Notes under the pieces: model-generated | What the model saw: only the letters and a program-made list of their open reading frames with translations | What the model was told of the DNA's origin: nothing | Databases searched by the model: none | Made by a program: the position numbers and the translations under genes | DNA from: Squalus acanthias | Taxonomy: Eukaryota | Direction: 5' to 3' | NCBI GenBank assembly: GCA_030390025.1 | Contig: CM059437.1 | Location: 53,196,001-53,260,000, forward strand | Length of the DNA stretch: 64,000 nt | Shown here: positions 35,858-48,344 of the stretch, in pieces | How positions within the stretch are numbered: the first letter of the stretch is position 1 | How the letters are laid out: each line of letters starts with the position of its first letter

Positions 35858-36315
35858 AATATTCCGCTCAGAGGCTTCCCGCCGGCGAAAGCCCCCGACC
35901 TGCAAAAAACAACCAAACCGACCTTAATGCTCTGGGCCCACGTAAACTTCCGATGTGATCCTGAGGACGCCTGGGCAGCGTATGACGTCACGCCGCCCAG
36001 GAGCGCTGCTGCGCGGAGCCGAGGGCGTCGAGCGTAGGCCAGACCCGCCCTCAAAAGTGATATTTACATAGGCCACGCCCCCGATTTTTTTCAACTCTTT
36101 AGAAGCATTCGAACCTGAAAGTAGCTGGAAAACTGCATGGTAAGTTGTTTCTTTATAGTTTTTTGAATCTTTCGCAAACTTTTAGAAACTTTTAAAGACT
36201 TTTACATGGATTTGAAGAATCTTAAATAGTTTTAAAGAGATTTGAAGCAATTTAAAGAGTTTTAAAAGCCCTGAAAACACTTTTTTCATTCATTTTAATT
36301 AATCAGCAAAGTGAA

Positions 36316-37828
36316 ATGGAAGGACTGAGCACAATTCACATCATTAAGAGAGCTCAGAATTTCAGTGATGATGACATCAGCACACTCCTCAATGAGGTTG
36401 AGGCGAAGAGCCCGCGAGTCCTTGGGAATGAGAAGTCGAGGGCACCGCGCAGAGGACAGATGACAGCTTGGTCAGAAGTTGCCCAGGCTGTCAGCCCGAA
36501 CTCCACCATTCCATGGACAGCGGAACTATGCCACAAAAAATGTAATGATTTAATGCGATCTGCCAAGGTTTGTACAGTTATTAGAAAAGTCAACTGTAAT
36601 ATTTCTTTAAATTTAACTGAACTAGTTTTAAAAAGCTCTTAGATGCATGTGTGTTGTCAAGTGACTTCATTATCCAAGCATGTGAGCTTGCCATAAAAGT
36701 TTATGGCTTTGGAGCCAGCTCAGGGTCATCCATTGTGCTCTTATCTTGATTCCACAGGTTTGAGTTGTAAAATTGCAATTAGTGAGTGAAAAAAAACACT
36801 GTCTCCAAAGCAGGTTGTGTCCCTGTCTCAAAGGCACGTGGGTGGTCTCTGCAGAAAAAACTGCAGTTTCATGACGTTTCATATTTTCTGTTTTCATTTT
36901 AGAGTAAAATTGTTAACAACGCCAGAGAACGTGCACTGACAGGCGGAGGTGTTGTCATGCTAAGGGATTTATCCAAGCCTGAGGAAAGGGTCGAGCAGCT
37001 GCTTGGAATTAGTAGCGGCTGCACAGTGCCTGCTGCCCAATCAGACATTGGAATAAGGAAAGGTGAGTTGGTCTGGCCAGCTGTATGTTTAAAAACGTTA
37101 GGTGTGTGTTGAATATCAGCTTCTGTGATGTGGCAGGTCATGCCTTACTTTTGCAAATGTTTACTGTTTCCTTTCCACAGGGGGACAGCATACTTCTCAC
37201 ACACGGGATGAAAAGTGCATTGAATCTGCGGCCGCAGAGGGCTTTGGGGAAGGGGTTACAGATGCTGTGAGAGCAGTAACTGAGGTGATGGAGGAGGAGG
37301 AGGAATTTGCGCTTGGTAAGCTAGTGGAAGAGGAGGGTATGGACCCTGGGTGGCTGCACAGTACATCTCCATCTCCTGGCCCCCTCTGGCTCTGTGCGAG
37401 GCACAGATGACTGTCGTCCCACAGCCAGACACCAACCTGATACTACAGAGCAGGTGGGAGAAGCAGAAAGACGTTCAACGCTATGGAATGACATAGAAGC
37501 TCAGGTGGAACTGATTGAAGGGTTGAAGCAAGAGATGTGTACTCTTCATTGGAAGAAAGTTGACTCTCTTGCCTCCATCAGGCAGGGAATTGATGTTCTT
37601 GGTAAAGATGTTACTATGTCGCTTAATCAGATACTATTGCAGTTGCAAAAAGCAGATCATGTTACTATGGTGCTGAATCAGATAAATGAGTCTCTCGTTC
37701 GACTCTTGCAGTTGCTTGAAACAGTTTCTGCTGCCATTACTTTGACTCCCGCAGAACCACCCTTACCTGCTCGCAGCGCAGAAATAGTGCAGGCTCCTTC
37801 AGTCCTGATGCAAGCAAACGTTGCCTTT

Positions 37829-37865
<37 letters not shown>

Positions 37866-37972
37866 CCTGTCAGGAGGCAATTGCTGAAGAGCAAGAGATG
37901 GCACACAGGGGCCTTTCAATTGGCAGCAGAGGGCTCCGGTCATGGGGAAGGGGAAAGTGCAGGAGACAGTAG
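36316..37972 (+). pseudogene. Harbinger-associated Myb/SANT-like DNA-binding gene; exons 36316-36567, 36903-37062, 37181-37972; one frameshift near 37380
   Basis: RAQNFSDDDISTLL...W..VA..V...C.KK.NDL Myb-like domain; exon 2 carries RERALTGGG; GT-AG introns in compatible phases; acidic, coiled-coil-like and polyQ tail. Confidence 0.82.
37829..37864 (+). repeat. (CAG)11CAA microsatellite encoding Q12
   Basis: Read directly. Confidence 0.97.
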
Positions 37973-38504
37973 GTTGTCACCTTTTGCACAATCCACCTCC
38001 TTTGACCCTCAGGCACAGATGCGAGGGGGCAAATCGTCAATTCTTTAATGTTTCATTTTACTTAAATGTTATATGTTATCGTTGCTTTTTTTATTGAAAT
38101 ATATATTTGTGACTGAAAGTGTATGTAACCTTTTCGTTTAAAAAGTACAGCCTCTAGTCACTTTGAAAAAAAATTCAACTTTTTTATTTGCAAAAATATT
38201 TAAAATTACAACTGTTTGAAAATTAGAAAATAGCTAGTATCCATCTTGAATGTCTTTATTGCCCTAAGAAACCAAAAAAGTCACTTTAAACTGTTTACAA
38301 ATTTTATTCAAAAAAATTATGTTTGTGAAAGTTTGAAAAGTAGAAAATAGCTAGTTAACATTTTAAAGTTAAAAACTAAGCACATCAAAACTGATCGTCA
38401 AAAGTCTTTGATGCTGCAATAACATTTCACTGTTTCACTTTAAATTGTGTCTGTTCCTTTCTTTGCCTTGCTGGGGGAGGGGGAGGTACAAGGCGACACT
38501 ATCA

Positions 38505-39643
38505 TCACCTCGTGAAGGTGTTGGCTACTAGCAGTTCCCGAACAGCCTTACTTCCGGCAGCACTTGGCACCTCCCCATCAGGCCTGGCCACAGGCACATT
38601 GGCATCGTCCATGTCCTCCATTTCAGCAGGGAGCTCCTCTGCAGGGTTAAGGGTCAGTCCTTCCCGCAGGGCAAAGTTATGCAAAGCACAGCAGGCCACC
38701 ACAATCCTTGCCACTTTCAGAGGAGAATGCTGCAAAGTCCCCCCTGACCTTTCCAGGCACGGGAAGCGTGATTTCAGAACCCCGATTGTCCTCTCCACCA
38801 CTTGCCGTGTGGACACGTGTGCCTGGTTGTATCTCTCCTGAGCCTCATTATTGGTCTTGCGGTAGGGAGTCATCAGCCAATGCCATTAGCGGGTAGCCCT
38901 TGTCGCCCAATATCCATGAAGATCCGAGAAGCAATGTGCTGAGGGTGCCATATAAGTCCGAGTAACGGAGGACGAAGGTGTCATGAGCACTTCCCCGGTG
39001 ATCTGCATTCACGGTTAGGATCCTGAAGTGCACATCATAGACTATCATGACATTCAATGAATAAAACACCTTCCTGTTGATTTATGTCACAGGTGAATCC
39101 AGTGGTGCCTTCAATGTAATATGGGTTCCATCGACGGCCCAATCACTTTGGGGAATCCAGAAATGCTATAAAATGCAAGGGCCATCTCCTTTTGATGACG
39201 AGTGACAAGTCAAAGTCTATGAACTCTGAAGCCCTACTGAAAATGGCATCTGTGACCTGGTGAATGCAGGCCAACGCAGCACTCTGGTAGATTTTGGAAA
39301 TGTCTGCCTGAAATGACCCACTTGCAAAGAAGTTCAATGCTGTGGTTACCTTCATGTTCACTGACAAGGCAGTGCGGGTCTTCGAATGTGTTTGAAGGTC
39401 TTCCTTTAACATGTCACATAGTCGGCTGATTGCCTCTTTACTGAAGCGCAGCTTCCTCACACACAACTCCCCCGACAGCCTCTCAAATGACAGCCTCTCC
39501 CTGTACACGCTCTGGGGTGGGTAGTAGTTCCTCCTGATCAGGAGACGGTGATGGTTCCTCATTCTTCTTTGTTGTTCCCTGGCGTTTCCAATTCTCTGAT
39601 ACCCAATCGCACCGAGGATCAGGGCAACATCGTCAAAGGGCAT
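38505..39643 (-). pseudogene. HARBI1-like DDE transposase pseudogene
   Basis: Motifs ALNFFASGSFQ, AVDGTHI, GSAHD, LGDKGYP, VVERTIGVLKSRF, CCALHN split across frames by frameshifts and an in-frame TAA near 39083. Confidence 0.92.
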
Positions 39644-41453
39644 GTTTCTCCATCACAGGCTTCATCTTTAAACAGATGAAGTACTTGTCAGGAAAAAATG
39701 GAAAGAGTTGTAAAAGTAATTTTAATAAAGTGAGTGGCTAGAAAATCACGTCGGGCTATGGTGGGAAATGTGCGGTGTCGGATTGGGAACACGTCATACC
39801 CGCCTGATGAATATCACGGCCCGAGATGATTTTCTAAGAGCTTTAACATTTTCACAAAGTCATACATACAATTTTTAAAGGGCATGGAAAAGTTAACATA
39901 TAACTATTTGATATTTTCTGGCATAATTTTTTAAAACTTTAGTAAATGTTAGATAATTCATTTTTAAACAGACATTTTCACATTTAAGAAATTGAAATCT
40001 AATTCAATAGACCTTGCACACAGCAAGAGTTGCTCTTTATAACTACACTACTCAAAACAAGATCCAAAACCGTTTTTAACAAATTAAAGTTGATAAAAAC
40101 TTACCTCAGGCTTTCTACAAAGAACTTTGCTCACTTTCACAATTAAAAATGTTCCGTTTCCAAGCCCACTGCTGAAAGAGTTCTTCTTCCTGCAGCTTCT
40201 TCCGGTAGAATGCAGGCTGTACGCCTGCTTTTACTAGGCGCAGCTGTTTCGAACGTACCTGCACTGAAGCATTTGAGAAAAAATCGGAACTTTTATCCGG
40301 TAGCGTTGCCTATACTGCGCATGCGTTTGATCTCTCAATCCCTTTCTTGACAGATCGGAAATGCCGGTGTCCAGCGCATGCGCTGTGCATGCCTGAAACC
40401 GGCATTTCCGATGTCCCTACGGGTGAGTGCATAGCGCGTACCCACCCGTAGGGATCGGAATATCCGGGCCAATAAGAATGAAACCGGACGGTCCACCCGG
40501 CATTGACCTCGGCACTGGCTATGAGCAATGCAATGGCACACCCAGCCCAGTCAACCCTGCAAAGTAACAGCACTGTGGGAGTACCTTCACCACACGGATT
40601 GCAGCGGTTCAAGAAGGCGGCTCACCACCACCTTCTCAAGGGCAACTAGTGATGGGCAAGAAATGCTGGCCTTGCCAGCGACGCCCAGATCCCATAATCG
40701 AATTTTTAAAAAAGGGAGGAAGCAGAAGAAGAAGGAAGGATGCAACCGAGACAGCCCCTTTCTGGCCAGGATATCTGAGATCGAATTAACTGCCTGCGGT
40801 ACAAGTGACCACAACCCCAATTCCCCTTTCAACATAGCGACATACCTTACCCTCCCTTCTGTACAGACCATCACAGCGTCCTCTTGGCCACAATGCTGCA
40901 ATAAAAGCCACCACAAAGCAATCTTTTCAATTCAACTTTATACATCTATCCATCCAATATGACAGCAAGAAATCAACTCATCACCTATATGCATTCTCTT
41001 TTTGACTGTCTATTTGACTGCCTTTGCCTATCCTACTGATCTCACACAGTGCTACCCCAGTGACTGCAGCATGACTGGTGGAAGGCTGCTGAATTTCAAT
41101 TGGGGGAACTGCAAATGTCCTTGCTGGTCGACCTTGAGGAGCTGGTGGCTGGGTGTGTCACTTTGAGTAATGCAGTTTCTTCTTCCTCTTCTTCTTGTTC
41201 TTCTTCACTCTCCTCTCCCTCTTCTTTGCCAACCACTGGCTGTCAGGCAGGATTAATTGGGGGTGTGAAATGAGGAAGGCACAAGGGTGGAGTTGTGCTG
41301 AGGGGAGGGCGGGAAAGCAAGGGGTGCATGCCAGAAGTAGGTAACATACTTGTGGCATACCATCATCTTGTATCCTTTCCGCAGTTGCTTGACCTGCTCA
41401 CACACGCAACAGCTCCCCTGCAGAAGGCACTGTGCTGGACCAGACGTCCAATG

Positions 41454-42325
41454 CAGGAAGATATCAATAAATTGATCAGGTGGCCAGAACAGTGGCAAAT
41501 GGAATTCAATCCGGAGAAGTGTGAGGTAATGCATTTGGGGAGGGCTAACAAGGAAAGGCAATACACATTAAATGGTAGGATACTGAGTAGTGTAGAGGAA
41601 AAAAGAGACCTTGGAGTGCATGTCCACAGATCTCTGAAGGTAGCAGGCCAGGTAGATAAGGTGGTTAAGAAGGCATACGGAATGCTTGCCTTTATTAGCC
41701 GTGGCATAGAATACAAGAGCAGGGGTGGGGTATGCTTCAACTGAATAAAACACTAGTTAGGCCTCAGCTAGAGTACTGCGTGCAGTTCTGGTCACCACAT
41801 TGCAGGAAATATGTGATTGCACGAGAGAGGGTATAGAGCAGATTCACAAGGATGTTGCCAGGATTAGAGAATCTTAGCTATGAGGGAAGACTGGATTGGC
41901 TGGGTCTGTTTTCCTTGGAACAGAGGAGGCTGAGGGGAGACGTTATTGAGGTGTATAAAATTATGAGAGGCATAGATAAAGTGGATAGAAAGGAGCTATT
42001 TCTCTTAGCAGAGGGGTCAAAAACCAGGGGGCACAGATTTAAAGTAATTGGTGGGAGGTTTAGGGGGATTTGAGAGGAAATTTCTTCACCCAGAGGGTTG
42101 TGGGGGTCTGGAACTCACTGCCTGAAAGGATGGTACAGGCAGGAACCCTAATCACATTTAAAAAGTACTTGGAAGTGCACTTGGGATGCTCTAGCCTGCA
42201 GGGCTACGGACCAAGAGCTGGGAAGTGGTATTATGCTGGATAGCTCTTTGTTGGCCTGCGCGGACACGATGGGCCGAAATGGCCTCCTTCCGTGCTGTAG
42301 CTTTCTATGTTTTTATGATTCTATG
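41454..42325 (+). mobile_element. CR1 3' fragment, copy B
   Basis: Paralogue of 1927-2785. Confidence 0.88.
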
Positions 42326-43219
42326 AACAATTTGCCACTCGAAAGCCCTCAAAGGGTCTGTGGACGTCTGTTCTGGTGAGGAGAGGGCGGGAAAGCAAGG
42401 GGTGCATGCCAGAAGTAGAATAACATACTCAGGCATGCCAGCATCTTGTATCCTTTCCGCTGTTGCATGACCTGCTCACACACGCAATAGTTTCCCTGCA
42501 GAAGGCACTGTGCTGGGCCAGACGCCCGATGACAACAATTTGCCACTCAAAAACCCGCAAAAAATCTGTGGGCTTCTGAAAGAATGATGAAAGGCGAGTG
42601 TTGTTAGTTCGTCGTTAATTTCAAAATCAGGGCCATTAATCATTCATTACATTAAAGAACCTTGAGGCTGCTTTTGGGCCAGCATGTCAATCAATCTCAA
42701 TGTCTCCAGCCAAGCGGCCATCTGACGACTTCCACAACAGGCAGAAACAGCCAACTAACGGTTTTCCCATGCAATCAAACCATAAACATAAGATAACCGA
42801 TGGAGATAATGTACCTTCCCACTTGAGTTTACCAAGGAGAGTTCAAGAACTGCTGATAATAACAACTTTGAATCAAAAGACCTATTCTACAGAAAAGCCT
42901 AAATTAAGTTATTTTCTTATACCACTTCCTTCGCTCCACCACTGGCGTCCGTGCCTTCAGCCATACAGGCACTATGTTCTGTAATTCCATCGCCCACCTC
43001 CCCACAAAACCTCTTTGCTTCTACAGCTCACTCTCCTCCTTGAAGACCCTGCTTAAAACTTACCTCTTTGATCAAGTGTTTGGTCAACTGTCCTAAAGCA
43101 TCCTTCTCTGGTTTGGTGTTAATGTTTGACTGATTGCCCTCTCGTGGCGTTTTTTTTGGACATTAAAGGATCTAAATAAATGCAAATTGTTCTTGTTATC
43201 TTGTGTTATGTTGTGTTAT

Positions 43220-46200
43220 ATCTTGTTTCTATCCTTTTGTGGCCATTGACTTTATCTACAGCATGACGGGGTTGGTGGAGAGCAGCATGAGCCCAGGCCA
43301 CCAATTCTGCAGTAAGTGTCTGCAACTCGAGGTACGTCACTTCAGAGTTGTTGAGCTGGAGTACCAGGTACAGACATTCCGATGCATCAGGGAGGGGAGG
43401 AAGATACCTGAACATTTTGACCCAGGAGGCAGTCACACCCCTTCGGTTCGGTAGTGATTTAGATTTGGTTAATGGTCAACAGGAGGATGTGACTGCGAGT
43501 CAGGCAGGAAATGGGAACTCAGATGCAGTGGGGGAGGGCTCTCAGCCTTTGCCCTTGTCCAACAGGTACGAGGTACTTGCTACTGGTGTGGATGAGAACA
43601 AAGACTGCAGGGAGGATGGGTATTGATCACGGCACAGTGGTACAGGAGGCCATTCAATTAGGGGGAGCGAAAAGGAACGTGGTCGTCGATACTATATTCA
43701 GGGGGACAGATACTGTTCTCTGCAGCCATGACCGGGTGTCTCGAAGGCTATGTTGCCTGTCTGGTGTCAGGGTTCATGTCAACTCCTCGCAGCTGGAGAA
43801 CAGCTTGGAGCAGGAGGGGGAGGATCCTGTTGTTGTGGTCCATGTAGGAACCACGACACAGCTAGAACTAGGAATGACGTTCTGCTGAGGGAGTTTGAGG
43901 AGCAAAACCTCTAAGGTACTAAGTAATCTCTGGATTAATGCCTGAGCAAATTCGCATAGGGAGAAACAGAAAAGAGGTTTAATGCGTGGCTGAAAGATGG
44001 TGTGGGTGACAGAGGGTTCAATTCATGGGGCAGTGGCACCAGTACTGTGGAAAGAGGGAGTGGTTCCATTGGAACTGACTACACTTAAACTGGGCTGGGA
44101 CCAGTGTACTGACAAATCGAATAACTAGGGTGGTAGATAGGGCTTTAAACGAATAAGAGGGGGTGGGGGGGTTCAGGTAAGGATAAATTTATAAATCTAA
44201 AGAGAAAAGTCAAGGCTGTAGAGTAGAGTAGCGATTTGGGTAAAATCAAGCAGAGTGTGTCAGGAAGGGGCAGAGAGTTTAACAACGGCAATAGGGCATT
44301 GGCGACTGAGGCCACATCAGGGAAAAATAGTAAACAGTTAAAATTAAAGGTGCTATATCTGAATGCACGAAGCATTTATAACAAGATAGATGAATTAATG
44401 GCACATATAGAGTTAAATTGGTTTGATCTAATAGCCATTATTGAGACGTGGTTCCAGGGTGACCAATGCTGGGAACTAAATATTCCAGCGTATTTGAATT
44501 TTAGAAAAGATAGGCAAAATGGAAAAGCAGACGGATAGCAATGATAATAAATGAAGAGATAAAAACAGTAGTGAGAAAGAATCTTAGCGCAGAAAATCAG
44601 GATGTAAAACCACTATGGGTGGAGCTAAGAAATAACAAAGGGCAGAAAACACTGGTGGGACTAGATTATAGACCCCATCAGATTAGTTATTGTGTTGGAC
44701 AGAGTAGGTCCCTTAGGGGCACAGACAGAAGAAATTACAATGGGGAATAAGGAAATAGCAGAGACATTAAACAAATATTTTGTATCTGTCTCACGGTATA
44801 AGACAGAAAAACATAATGGAAATTGTGCAGAACCAAAGTAATGATGAGAGTGAGAAACTTCAAGTAATTAATATTTGTGAAGAAAAAGTACTGGAGTAAT
44901 TAATGGGATTAAAAGCCGACAAGTCTCCTGATGGCCTTCATCATTGGATTTCAAAAGAGGTGGCAGCAGAGATGTTGGATGCCTGGTTTTGTTCTTCCAG
45001 AATTCCCTAGATTCTTGACCAGTCCCCGTGGATTGGAAGGTAGGAAATATAACCCCACTGTTCAAGAAAGGAGGGAGAGAGAAAACAGGGAACTATAGGC
45101 CAGTTCGCCTGACATCAGTAGTAGGGAAAATACTATAATCTATTATAAGGGACGGGGTAACAGGGCACTTAGCAAATCATAATATGATTAGGCAGAGTCA
45201 ACACTATTTAATGAAAGGGAAATCGTGTTGGGCAAATCAATCAGAGTTTTTTGAGGGTGAAACCGACAGGGCGGATAAGGGGGGACCAGTGTTTGTAGTA
45301 TATTTGGATTTTGAGACGACATTTGATAAGGTGCCACACAAGAGGTTGTTACACAAGATTATAGCTCATGGGATTACGAGTAATATATTAGCATGGATTG
45401 CGGATTGGTTAGTGGGGAGAAAAAAAAGAGTGGGAATAATTTTGGGGTTGGCAGGTTGTAACCAGTTGTGTGCCGCAAGGATCAGTGCTTGGATCTCAGC
45501 TATTTACAATCTATATCAATGACTTAGGTGAGGGGGCCGAGTGTAATGTGTCAAAGTTTGCTGATGACGTAAAGCTAGGCGGGAAAATAAGCTGGAAGGG
45601 GGATGCAATTAGGCTACAAAGGGATATAAACCAGTTAATAATTGGGCAAGAAGGTGGCAGATGAAATATAATGAGGGGAAATGTGAAATGATCCACTTTG
45701 GTAAGAATAGAAAAGTAGAATATATTTTAAAAGTTGAGAGACTAGTTAATGTTGGTATTCAGAAGGATTTGTGTATTCTTGTACACGAATCACAGAAAGT
45801 TAACATGCAGGTACAGCAAACAATTAGGAAGGCAAATGGCATGATAGCCTTTATTGCAAGGGGTTGGAGTATAAGAGTAAGGAAGTCATGCTGCAATTAT
45901 ATAGGGCTTTGGTGAGACCGCACCTGTGTACACTTTTTTCCCTTTACCTAAGGAATTATATACTTGACTTAGAGGGGTTGCGCCGAAGGTTCACTAGGTT
46001 GATTTCTGGGATGAGAGGGCTGTCCAATGAGGAGAGATTGAGTAGAATATATTCTCTGGAGTTTAGAAGAATGAGAGGTGATCTCATTGAAAATATATAA
46101 TTCTTAAAGGGCTTGACAGGGTAGATGCTGAGAGGCTCTTTCCCCTGCCTGGAGAGTGTAGAACTTGTGGTCATAGTCTCAGCGTATGGGGTCGGCCATT

Positions 46201-46467
46201 TAGGACTAAGATGAGGAGAAATTTCTTCACTCAGTGGTTTGTGAATCTTTAGAATTCTCTATCCCCAGAGGGCTGTGAATGCTCAGTCGTTGAGTATATT
46301 CAAGACTGAGATCAATAGATTTTTGTGCACTGATGCAGTCAAGGGATATTGGGATAGGGCGGGAAAGTGGAGTGAACTAGAAGATCATCCATGATCTTAT
46401 TGATTGGCGGAGCAGGCTGGAGCGGCTGTATGGCCTACTCGTACTCTTCTTTTTTATGTTCTTATGT
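43220..46467 (+). mobile_element. Long decayed CR1, copy B
   Basis: Paralogue of 3690-6947 sharing the same lesions. Confidence 0.9.
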
Positions 46468-47822
46468 ATATTAGATGGCTTTCCCAAGATGATGGAAGAC
46501 ATGGAGCCGGGAATTAACGAGTATTAAGGGACGCTCTGTGTTCCTCCAAATCTGTACACTTGTGCATCACCCACTTCATTCACTCCACCATTGACGGTCC
46601 CGTTTTGAGCCGTATAGACTCTAAGCTTTGAATTCCCCTGCCTATATGTCTCCACCTCTCCGCGCCTTTCTCCTGCCTTAAAACAGAGCATCGCGCACAG
46701 TGGGGAAGCCTATCGAACATCGCGGGAAAGGCACAGCGATTTTCTGATATGACACCCGTTATCTGGGAGACACCATTGATGGTGACGACTAACGAGCCCA
46801 ATATTTAATGCAGAACTGCCTGCCGTTTGGGTGGAAGGCTTGAAGCTACACAGCGAAGAAAAGTCCCATAGTATGCCAATCTGAAAGGTGAAATGGAATG
46901 CGGGTATGAGGATTATCAGGTGCTGCAGTTGGAAATACGATGAAGTATTTTTTTCAACGCCTTGCTTACACTTTTCCTTCAGTAGTTTGGAATCATGGTT
47001 AAGAATGCAGGGCGTGCTGCATAAATCAGAAGCTGTATTGTTGTGGGCATCAATGTAACATTGGAAGTAAGGCAGGCAACCTCATGTCCTAACAAGGGAC
47101 CCACTTCTGGGACAAGTGGTCTACTGCTGGTGATTTCGGCGAGGGAGAGTTGAGTACTGTGAGAAGCTGGAGTTACTACCATGTGAGAACAGACAGTAAT
47201 TTCAATACAATTTATACACAGATGGGCAGTCAGCTGACACTTCTATAAATGTAAGTTACTTCTTGCTTTGACGGCTTCAACCACCACTGAAATGTTTCAA
47301 CTTTCTGCTTTTTGAGCTAATCCCACCATTAAATTAAATTACAAAACTATTTCTAACTCAATATGGGAAAATAGGACACATAGTTAGAATTTTCATTATT
47401 GTGATTAATAGGATTTTTAACACTAGATCACAAAATATATACGTGCTGACATATACTCCATTTGTACTCTCACTGTGTATACATTTATGTCTAGATTTTC
47501 TAAATGCTGCTTTAATCCATGTTGGAATTAAATCAAAAGTGTTAAATGCAAACAGAATTAATTTAAAAAAACGCTTTGACATTAAATGTGTGAAGAAGGT
47601 GAGGACTGAGTTATTTCGATGTTCGATTTCTGCTTGTGCTAGCTATTTACTGAAATGTAATAACGATTATGCATCAAGTCAAATTGGATGTAAAGGATGG
47701 GATCATGAGCGTAATGCATTTGCAAAGCTATAAATGTTCTCAATGGCTATCAGTGCTAAATCGAATCGCTTATCCCCAACACTCACTCACAAAACACACC
47801 GCATAACACATGTATATCATTG

Positions 47823-47828
47823 TTTATT
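47823..47828 (-). terminator. PolyA signal AATAAA of IgL cluster 2
   Basis: Same position as in cluster 1, GT-rich downstream. Confidence 0.75.
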
Positions 47829-48015
47829 AAACAAATGTTTCTACGTCACAATTACAAGGTTACAGGTTTGTGCCACAATGTGAATAGATTTAAATCACTA
47901 TAATAGGTCAGGCGCATGAAAATAGAAAGAAATGCATTGTTAATAACTAAACCTCGATTTCGAGCATAAACGCGCGATGAATAACAGTTTGCACCGAGTG
48001 GGCGGGTTTTCTCTT

Positions 48016-48344
48016 TCACTCGCAGCCTGATCTCTTGATGCTTTGCTTGAGTTGAGACCCGAGAGACTCATGTGTAACCCCGCAGGTATACACTTCGTGT
48101 GAGTTCCACTCGGTGGCGGACAGGGTCAGATAACTGCTCACACTGTACGTCTGGTCGGTGTCCCGTACGGCCCGAGTTGTCTGGACACCAGTGTCCGTGA
48201 TCTTGCCGTCTACGCTCCATGAAACTTCCACCGAACCCGGAAAAAAGTTATTCACCAAACACACCAGGGTCGCCGCATTTGCTGCAGAGATCTGATCGGA
48301 CGCTGGCGGGAGAAGCGACACCGAAGGGCTGGACGACTCTCTGG
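48016..48344 (-). CDS. IgL cluster 2 constant exon
   Basis: 329 nt like cluster 1, six amino-acid differences, ends SGCE*. Confidence 0.96.

Larger units (their letters stand above)
35107..40470. mobile_element. Composite PIF/Harbinger-type DNA transposon (MITE plus two-gene body), AAT target-site duplication
   Basis: AAT|GGCCCAAAAATTCGG ... CGGAATATCCGGGCC|AAT; host LINE empty site gaaacat-AAT-aagaatg is present on the minus strand near 25990; convergent transposase and Myb/SANT genes. Confidence 0.9.
34780..40712 (+). mobile_element. Internally deleted tRNA-headed LINE derivative (34780-35106 plus 40474-40712) that hosts the Harbinger
   Basis: 5' head joined to 3' tail at ctgcaaagt/aacagcactg (~40565); same junction at about 1036. 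Confidence 0.78.

Noticed and set aside
38505-39643. Transposase as a RAG/Transib relative or as the host HARBI1 gene
   Set aside because: Motifs are Harbinger-type, the frame is broken, and it sits between TIRs with a TSD.
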